Source: a virus
Taxonomy: Duplodnaviria > Caudoviricetes
Length of the DNA: 64,000 nt
Strand: one strand, 5' to 3'
Virus record (IMG/VR): IMGVR_UViG_3300033066_000778
Location: 32,001 to 96,000 of that record
In this document: in pieces, positions 58,933-64,000 of the stretch
Layout: every line of letters begins with the position of its first letter
Numbering within the stretch: the stretch's first letter is position 1
Made by a program: the position numbers and the translations under genes
The notes under the pieces: model-generated
Told to the model about the DNA's origin: nothing
The model's input: the letters and a program-made list of their open reading frames with translations, nothing else
Database searches by the model: none

Positions 58933-59429
58933 TATGCTGTCTTACTTCCCTTTACCTTATTGCCTGTTACCATATCTGGAGTAACATCCCATTTATATGA
59001 AGCATCTTTTTCACTAGAGCCTCGATATGTACTGACGTTATTAGAAAGAGAAACGAACGCGGCGTTTACTCCAATAGAGTCAGCCGAGTAGTTAGCGACG
59101 CCTCTAAGGCTAATGCCAATACTACCCGCTTCAGCAAAGGAATCCTGGTTCGCACCGAGGAAGACAAACTGCCAATTATAGTTCTTCTCTTGATGTTCGA
59201 TCATTTCCTTGATCTTATCTTTAGAGAACTCTGTACTGGAGTTTTCCTGTCCATCAGTAATGATAATAACCATTACTTTCGACGGACGATCTTCTTCCTT
59301 GGTGTTACTAAGGCGGGTTCCTGTCCAACTGATAGCCTTGCCAACTGCGTCGAGTAGAGCCGTAGATCCTCTAGGGACATAGGTTCTCTCGTTGAGAGTA
59401 CTCCTTATATCTATTCCGTAGTTCTGTCT
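58932..59429 (-). pseudogene. 5'-truncated vWA-domain gene
   Basis: Frame open from 59429: TYVPRGSTALLDAVG...VMVIIITDGQENSS...WQFVFLGANQD; the DxSxS MIDAS N-terminal half is absent. Confidence 0.7.
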
Positions 59430-59748
59430 CTAAACAAGAAACGATACCGTAGTGCTTAACTCTGTATACATAGTCAAGAAATTCTGAATCTGTAAGTTTT
59501 CCTTTTGCTGGACCTCCCGCTTTTCTAAGTTCAGAAAGAAGAGCGTTCTTTATATGTTGTGTATCCATAAGGCGTATTGGAGTAATTCCTTTAGACTCGG
59601 AAAAGTATACTTTTTCTTCGCCAAGGCTATTTATAGCATTAACAACATCGTCAGGATGCCCTGTAAGCGTTAGGCCATTAGAAAGAACGTAGTTTACATT
59701 GGTTCCAATATATGGAATATTTTCAGTAAGTTTCTTCGTCGCTCGCAT
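59371..59748 (-). CDS. Hypothetical protein
   Basis: YFSESKG..PIRLMDTQHIKNAL; its 3' end runs into vWA coding sequence. Confidence 0.6.
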   Translation of the reverse strand: MRATKKLTENIPYIGTNVNYVLSNGLTLTGHPDDVVNAINSLGEEKVYFSESKGITPIRLMDTQHIKNALLSELRKAGGPAKGKLTDSEFLDYVYRVKHYGIVSCLETELRNRYKEYSQRENLCP

Positions 59749-60028
59749 GTTTCTCTATACTCCTCATTAGCCCTTCCATAGCTTTCGTATGACACAGACC
59801 ACCACGATAAGATCCACTAATTTCACACCAGTCCACAATTGCACCAGCTTCATTAGATGGAAAAATATATGTTTCTGGACCAGTATACGGAGCTACTACG
59901 GCTGAAACAATAACAAAATTTGTTTTCTCATCCTCGTCATTATTGCCTCTGTAAGTAATTGCTTCATCTAGTTCATACAGGACAGCTTTACCGCGCATAC
60001 CTTCGATTGCTCTTATACGCTTATACAT
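59723..60028 (-). CDS. Hypothetical phage protein
   Basis: GGAGTAACATG start context; VIVSAV...GPETYIFP. Confidence 0.65.
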   Translation of the reverse strand: MYKRIRAIEGMRGKAVLYELDEAITYRGNNDEDEKTNFVIVSAVVAPYTGPETYIFPSNEAGAIVDWCEISGSYRGGLCHTKAMEGLMRSIEKHASDEETY

Positions 60029-60029
60029 G

Positions 60030-60284
60030 TTACTCCCTTGCTAATGGTGCAGCCATATTGATTGCTTCGTGGATTGACGTAATAAAAACCTCAATAGCTT
60101 CTTTTCCATGTATTTTTTCGAGATTTAAAACGAATTCTATATTTACTTGAATAAGAGGATTTTTCTTACTCGCAGCTATCTTAAAAACGTGATTCCTTTT
60201 AGTTCCATCGGGCATTGGTTCCCATTCAGAAATACCATCAGGAAAATCTACTAAGAGTCTTTCTACTAGTTCTTCGTTTGTCAT
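60030..60284 (-). CDS. Hypothetical protein
   Basis: AAGGAGTAACATG start context; 84 aa. Confidence 0.6.
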   Translation of the reverse strand: MTNEELVERLLVDFPDGISEWEPMPDGTKRNHVFKIAASKKNPLIQVNIEFVLNLEKIHGKEAIEVFITSIHEAINMAAPLARE

Positions 60285-60389
60285 GTTACTCCTTTTGAAC
60301 TTTCAATATTATGTACTATTTATTCTTCTTCTAACAGAGAATAATAGTCTGGGTGACAATGTTCGACAGTTTAAACGAAAGGTTTTTTT

Positions 60390-61013
60390 ATGACAGAAAT
60401 TACAGAAGAGTTTATTGCATCTCTTATAGGTCTTCCGTATAAAAGTAAAATATGCGTAACATGTAAGCAATGTAAAAAAGAAATTTACAGAACAAAACAT
60501 GCTATCCTTCGTCGTTACTGGGCAAAAGCTAAGTTGATCTTCTGTGGGGCGACTTGCTACGGGTTATTTAACGATAAACGTATTGTACGTACTTGCGTGA
60601 ACTGCCAGAACAAAACATTTACTCGTTTTTGCTCCCAGTCTTGTTCGGCTATATATAATAATATGCATAAGAAAACTGGGCATCGTCGCGCAAAGTTAGA
60701 AATCGCTATTGAAAAAAAACTTTTAGAAGCGGGCGTTACCTTTGTATGTAATGACCGAAAAACTGTTGGGTATGAACTTGATTTTTTCTTTCCTACCTTA
60801 CGTAAGGCAATTGAAATAAACGGTATTTATCATTACAAGCCAGTACATTCGGAGGCTAAATTCAAGCGTATACAAGAGATAGATAATGAAAAGATACAAC
60901 GCTGTGAGAAAGCTAATATTCAATTACTAGTAAAGCCAAATTTATATATTCGTTTTACTCCAGAAATAATAGAAAAAACTTGGACAGAGATAAAAGAATT
61001 CCTAGATAGATAA
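60390..61013 (+). CDS. Free-standing endonuclease (Zn-ribbons plus Vsr/PD-(D/E)xK-like domain)
   Basis: CKQC...FCGATC, CVNC...FCSQSC, YELDFFFP...AIEINGIYHY...DNEK; the only credible plus-strand gene. Confidence 0.75.
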   Translation: MTEITEEFIASLIGLPYKSKICVTCKQCKKEIYRTKHAILRRYWAKAKLIFCGATCYGLFNDKRIVRTCVNCQNKTFTRFCSQSCSAIYNNMHKKTGHRRAKLEIAIEKKLLEAGVTFVCNDRKTVGYELDFFFPTLRKAIEINGIYHYKPVHSEAKFKRIQEIDNEKIQRCEKANIQLLVKPNLYIRFTPEIIEKTWTEIKEFLDR

Positions 61014-61021
61014 AAACTTCC

Positions 61022-61084
61022 GTAAGCGGAATAGACTCTTTTAATTTCATGTGATTTTATTTTACTGTTATCTATTCCGCTTAC
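61022..61084. other. 14-bp inverted repeat / hairpin at distal end of tRNA array
   Basis: GTAAGCGGAATAGA (61022-61035) / TCTATTCCGCTTAC (61071-61084), 35-nt AT-rich loop. Confidence 0.75.
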
Positions 61085-61098
61085 CACTCAATTAAAAT

Positions 61099-61183
61099 TG
61101 GTGGGACTGACGCGGTTCGAACGCGTACGACTTTCGTCACGATTTTTTGAGAATCGCGTGTATTCCGATTCCACCACAGTCCC
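61099..61183 (-). tRNA. tRNA-Leu(CAA)
   Basis: GGGACTG/CAGTCCC acceptor, CGATT-CTCAAAA-AATCG, long V arm, GTTCGAAC T-loop, ACCA. Confidence 0.92.
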
Positions 61184-61184
61184 A

Positions 61185-61259
61185 TGGAGCGTGTAACAGG
61201 ATTTGAACCCGTAACCTACAGCTTGGAAGGCTGAGACTCTACCATTGAGTTATACACGC
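61185..61259 (-). tRNA. tRNA-Gly(TCC)
   Basis: GCGTGTA/TACACGC acceptor, loop CTTCCAA, TCCA end. Confidence 0.93.
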
Positions 61260-61269
61260 ATTATAGTTG

Positions 61270-61458
61270 AATGACGATCAGCTAGTACAATACCTGCAAG
61301 GGCGGAATGCCCCAGACGTATAATATTACGTTACCATGCTCAAACATCACTAACGAAACCAACTAATTCCGGCATAATTATATGCTTAGGCGGCATAGGA
61401 ATCACCCTACTTCGTCGTATCCGCCTCATGTACTATCCGGTGATTAACCGGCACGTAT
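61270..61458 (-). ncRNA. Unidentified ~190-nt multistem structured RNA
   Basis: Nested stems TAGTACA/TGTACTA, AGGCGG/CCGCCT, GTAGG/CCTAT, GCATA/TATGC, CGGAAT/ATTCCG, ACGTA/TACGT and a CCGGT/ACCGG hairpin; no ORF; ends approximate. Confidence 0.55.
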
Positions 61459-61466
61459 TAAGATAT

Positions 61467-61555
61467 TGGTAAGAGTGGGTGGGGTCGAACCACCATATAC
61501 CTTGTAAGGGCATCCAGCTTATAAGGCTGGGGCTATACCATTTAGCTACACTCTT
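61467..61555 (-). tRNA. tRNA with anticodon TAT (nominally Ile) and long variable arm
   Basis: AAGAGTG/CACTCTT, CCAGC-CTTATAA-GCTGG, 19-nt V region ATGCC-CTTACAA-GGTAT-AT, GGTGG-TTCGACC-CCACC, ACCA. Confidence 0.88.
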
Positions 61556-61566
61556 ATAATTGAAAA

Positions 61567-61643
61567 TGGCGGGTATGAGGAGATTTGAACTCCCGTTCTC
61601 TGACGTGACAGGCCAGCGCTTTTGACCGCTAAGCTACACACCC
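61567..61643 (-). tRNA. tRNA-Asp(GTC)
   Basis: Loop CTGTCAC, G73, CCA. Confidence 0.93.
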
Positions 61644-61651
61644 GTAAGTAA

Positions 61652-61734
61652 TGGACTAGGTAGGGTTACTGGCAGTACTTGCTCCCTACTCCTCAAAGTC
61701 TGAGTGACCGCGATCATTGAAATCTACTAGTCCA
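61652..61734 (-). ncRNA. tRNA-sized, non-tRNA branched RNA
   Basis: GGACTAG/CTAGTCC-A closing stem stacked on GTAGGG/CCCTAC; internal CTCA/TGAG hairpin; no T-loop or anticodon loop. Confidence 0.55.
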
Positions 61735-61738
61735 AAAT

Positions 61739-61814
61739 TGGCTGGAGCGGAAGGATTCGAACCTTCATTAGCTGGGTCAGAGCCAGCGTTCCTGACCAAT
61801 TGAAAGACGCCCCA
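61739..61814 (-). tRNA. tRNA-Gln(CTG)
   Basis: TGGGGCG/CGCTCCA, GCTGG-CTCTGAC-CCAGC, GCCA. Confidence 0.93.
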
Positions 61815-61817
61815 ATA

Positions 61818-62045
61818 TTACCTTGCTATGTCTTTACCCTTTTCATAGATTGAAATTCCGTCGTTACAGTTACGAGTAGGGCACTTAACTATCATACTTC
61901 TTAACCTACCGTTGAAGTACATTACTTGTGTTAATGAAAGTGCTTCTTCCTCGTCTAGTTCTACTTCACACTTACAGTTATAGCATTTTCCTGCGTAAAT
62001 AACGTTGACTTTTTTTGGGAGAATGCCTTCTTTAATTATTCGCAT
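61818..62045 (-). CDS. Small Cys-rich hypothetical protein
   Basis: MRIIKEG...CYNCKC...CPTRNC. Confidence 0.6.
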   Translation of the reverse strand: MRIIKEGILPKKVNVIYAGKCYNCKCEVELDEEEALSLTQVMYFNGRLRSMIVKCPTRNCNDGISIYEKGKDIAR

Positions 62046-62217
62046 TTCTTTTTCCTACTGCGCCAGAAAGCCACAGTCCAAAGTTCCATGCACCAAACAT
62101 TGCGAATAATGTATGAACGATGTCAACAGCAATCATAGCCATGGTATAGTTTAGGAGAGTAAGAATGAGTATTGAATACATCAAAATAATTACAACGTAA
62201 ACTTTTTTATCAGTCAT
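62032..62217 (-). CDS. Small membrane protein
   Basis: Two hydrophobic segments in 61 aa. Confidence 0.5.
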   Translation of the reverse strand: MTDKKVYVVIILMYSILILTLLNYTMAMIAVDIVHTLFAMFGAWNFGLWLSGAVGKRNANN

Positions 62218-62252
62218 GGTTTTTTTACTATTCCTTACAACAAATACAAAGT

Positions 62253-62342
62253 TGGTGAAGCGAGTATGATTCGAACATACGATGGGGTTATTAGTCCTAC
62301 GGGGTTACAGCCCGTTTCCTTCAGCCACTCGGACATCGCTTC
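62253..62342 (-). tRNA. tRNA-Tyr(GTA)
   Basis: GAAGCGA/TCGCTTC, ACGGG-CTGTAAC-CCCGT, long V arm, ACCA. Confidence 0.92.
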
Positions 62343-62375
62343 GTTATATTAAAATGGCGGGAGAACGAAAATCTT

Positions 62376-62936
62376 CTACTGAGAATTTTCTAATTGTAAT
62401 AGCTGGTAAATAGCGTAATTACTTTCTATTTTATGCCTACGCCTATGACAATTAGAGCACCGAACGTCACACTTAGCAATTTCTTTTTCTACTAATTCCC
62501 AAGTACAGTTATTTTTGGCCATACTGGAAATGTTGTACTCTTTATTTCCTTGATGATCAAATTCTAAGACTAAAGGATCTTTCTCTCCACAGTCAACACA
62601 AAAGTGTGTTTTAAAGTAAGCCAAGATATTTTTGTAAATTAAAAATTTACGATTATTACTGTAGAGCTTAGCCCTATCAATATATTTAGCTTGATTACGC
62701 TTATAGTGTATATTACCCGCTGCGTTTTGACAAGTCTTGCACACATTTTGTATACGCCCAGACTTACTATCTTTTAAGTTAAAAAATGCCCTGTCAAAGT
62801 AGCCTTTACAAGCTAAACAGATTATTTTACCATCTTCTCTTATCCTTGATGCTCGGCGCTTTTTGCTATTACATTCTCTGCAAGACTGTGCTCTTTTACT
62901 TTTTTCTTTAGTGCATATCGGACATATATTATTCAT
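62376..62936 (-). CDS. HNH endonuclease within tRNA array
   Basis: CVDCGEKDPLVLEFDH...IAKCDVRCSNCHRRRH, plus N-terminal CxxC pairs. Confidence 0.85.
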   Translation of the reverse strand: MNNICPICTKEKSKRAQSCRECNSKKRRASRIREDGKIICLACKGYFDRAFFNLKDSKSGRIQNVCKTCQNAAGNIHYKRNQAKYIDRAKLYSNNRKFLIYKNILAYFKTHFCVDCGEKDPLVLEFDHQGNKEYNISSMAKNNCTWELVEKEIAKCDVRCSNCHRRRHKIESNYAIYQLLQLENSQ

Positions 62937-62943
62937 ACAAAAT

Positions 62944-62972
62944 AATGTACACTAAAAAAAGCAAAATGTCAA
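62944..62972 (-). promoter_or_regulatory. Sigma70-type promoter giving a probably leaderless HNH transcript
   Basis: TTGACA (62972-62967), 17 nt, TACATT (62949-62944), 7 nt, ATG (62936). Confidence 0.65.
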
Positions 62973-63012
62973 GGCAGTCTCTAAAATCATATAAAGTTTT
63001 AGAGACTGCCTT
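62971..63012. other. 16-bp perfect hairpin downstream of tRNA-Asn
   Basis: AAGGCAGTCTCTAAAA / TTTTAGAGACTGCCTT, 10-nt loop. Confidence 0.75.
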
Positions 63013-63019
63013 TCTAATA

Positions 63020-63094
63020 TGGCTCGGTTGGTAGGAATTGAACCTACGACAGTTCGATTAACAGTCGAACACTCTACCACTGAGTTACAACCGA
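63020..63094 (-). tRNA. tRNA-Asn(GTT)
   Basis: TCGGTTG/CAACCGA, TTCGA-CTGTTAA-TCGAA, GCCA. Confidence 0.93.
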
Positions 63095-63102
63095 ATGAAA
63101 CT

Positions 63103-63177
63103 TGGAGCACTGAAGTCGATTCGAACGACTGAATAGCAGGGTTGCAATCTGCCCTCTTACCACTTGAGTATCAGTGC
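63103..63177 (-). tRNA. tRNA-Cys(GCA)
   Basis: GCACTGA/TCAGTGC, loop TTGCAAC, U73, CCA. Confidence 0.92.
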
Positions 63178-63188
63178 GTTATTTGAAA

Positions 63189-63267
63189 TGGGACCGGGAA
63201 CTGGATTTGAACCAGTGATCTCTAGCTTATGAGGCTAGCGTGGTAGACCAGACTGCACCATCCCGGT
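63189..63267 (-). tRNA. tRNA with anticodon CAT (elongator Met or Ile2)
   Basis: ACCGGGA/TCCCGGT, CTAGC-CTCATAA-GCTAG; lacks initiator GGG/CCC pairs; discriminator C. Confidence 0.88.
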
Positions 63268-63273
63268 ATAGGT

Positions 63274-63365
63274 ATTGGTAGCTCTAAGGGCAAAAGGCCA
63301 TGGTTGGTGAATTCAGCGTTAAGGAGGTCAACGTATGAAAAGAACAACCTTAAAAAGCTACCAAT
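63274..63365 (-). ncRNA. Hairpin RNA with anti-SD loop and anti-start-codon segment
   Basis: 10-bp terminal inverted repeat ATTGGTAGCT/AGCTACCAAT plus TAAGG/CCTTA; internal CGTTGA-CCTCC-TTAACG hairpin. Confidence 0.6.
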
Positions 63366-63381
63366 CTTTTAAACTAAGAAA

Positions 63382-63454
63382 TGGTAGGAATAGCCCTTCG
63401 AAAAGGAGAGGGGGGACATCTCTGAGGAAGAGTTTCCTAAGAGCTATTCCTACC
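63382..63454 (-). ncRNA. Hairpin RNA with pyrimidine-rich anti-SD segment
   Basis: GGTAGGAATAGCTCTT/AAGGGCTATTCCTACC-A 16-bp stem (one G-U on minus strand only); loop region has CCCCCCTCTCCTTTT. Confidence 0.6.
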
Positions 63455-63460
63455 GGGGAC

Positions 63461-63512
63461 TTACAGATTCAGTTTTCAAGGGTCCGTTGTTCGTCAACCG
63501 CGAACACTGTAA
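63461..63512 (-). promoter_or_regulatory. rrn-like boxB/boxA leader upstream of the RNA array
   Basis: Hairpin TGTTCG/CGAACA followed by CCTTGAAAACTGAAT, resembling rRNA-operon boxA/stalk sequences. Confidence 0.45.
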
Positions 63513-63536
63513 AGATGAGCCGTTTGGGTTGAGATG

Positions 63537-63740
63537 TCAAGGCTTCTTCTCAGGTTTCTCTTTTCTTTGCTTTACAAGGATATTATACGCCTCAACCATT
63601 GCTTCTAGGAGTTTTGCGTTATTTCCATAAAGTAAAATGACAGGGGTATTACTTGTATCGTCCGTATACGTCACTCCAGCAACGTAAAGCTGATCTGGCA
63701 TTTTTCTGGAACGTGGTGGTAGAACTTTAAGCTCTCTCAT
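63537..63740 (-). CDS. Hypothetical protein
   Basis: 67 aa with AAGGA RBS. Confidence 0.55.
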   Translation of the reverse strand: MRELKVLPPRSRKMPDQLYVAGVTYTDDTSNTPVILLYGNNAKLLEAMVEAYNILVKQRKEKPEKKP

Positions 63741-63975
63741 TAATTGTATCCTTTATTACCTTGGCTTGGCGTTCACTTACTTTAGTGCTTTTCTCTTGAA
63801 TGTAAATAGTTAGTTCTTGCTGAATAGCCTGGACTAACGGGGTCATAAGCTCATAGTATTTCTGTTCATTGAGCTTAAGTCTACTTTTAAGTTCCTTGCT
63901 CTCCTTACTAGAGAAAAACAATGTACTTACATCTCCTGGTAAATCCCTTGCGGCCCATTCAGTTAGTTTGGTCAT
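63727..63975 (-). CDS. Hypothetical protein
   Basis: 82 aa, helical. Confidence 0.55.
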   Translation of the reverse strand: MTKLTEWAARDLPGDVSTLFFSSKESKELKSRLKLNEQKYYELMTPLVQAIQQELTIYIQEKSTKVSERQAKVIKDTINERA

Positions 63976-64000
63976 CTGAGCCTTAAACTCTGATAAGGAC

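Noticed and set aside
61099-63267. tRNA-associated HDV-like (theta) ribozymes or tRNA introns
   Set aside because: All tRNAs are contiguous with encoded CCA followed by AT-rich spacers; no HDV-like nested pseudoknot was recognised by eye.
63335-63532. Plus-strand 65-aa ORF with a perfect SD
   Set aside because: It is antisense to the tRNA operon, runs through long inverted repeats and gives a non-protein-like sequence. Not called as a gene, but kept as the alternative explanation for the anti-SD finding.
1-64000. Stop-codon reassignment or suppressor tRNA
   Set aside because: Long genes are intact in the standard code, and no CTA/TCA/TTA anticodon tRNA is present.
1-64000. CRISPR array, diversity-generating retroelement, invertase shufflon or integrase
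   Set aside because: No regularly spaced direct repeats, reverse transcriptase, recombinase or TR/VR pair seen; the paralogous fibre tips differ throughout, not only at adenines.

Overview
A 64-kb segment of a large, AT-rich, T4-like contractile-tailed phage, read in the standard genetic code with almost every gene on the minus strand. In transcription order (right to left) it holds: a tRNA array (9 tRNAs, all with encoded CCA) interleaved with non-tRNA hairpin/multistem RNAs and two free-standing endonuclease genes; small hypothetical genes and a broken vWA gene; small and large terminase (intein in Walker A); portal (intein); HU-like and MuF-like genes; a GH108 endolysin; a ~12-kb block of fibre/decoration and envelope proteins; a gp21 protease fused to a scaffold; gp23-like major capsid protein; neck and tail-completion genes; tail sheath; two paralogous HNH genes; tail tube; a gp26/gp51-like chaperone pair; tape measure with an SLT domain; and the baseplate module with a 1708-aa Ig-repeat protein. 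The most unusual observations are: (1) tRNA-array RNAs with GG...CC-A closing stems, two of which carry anti-Shine-Dalgarno sequences; (2) a long-variable-arm tRNA with a UAU anticodon and Leu-like identity features; (3) five proteins sharing an unrecognised ~60-aa N-terminal module joined to different C-terminal domains; (4) an unannotated gp51-like ORF reachable by a +1 slip at TTT TTT C; (5) several frameshift-broken genes. All family assignments come from motif recognition by eye; no database searches were run.
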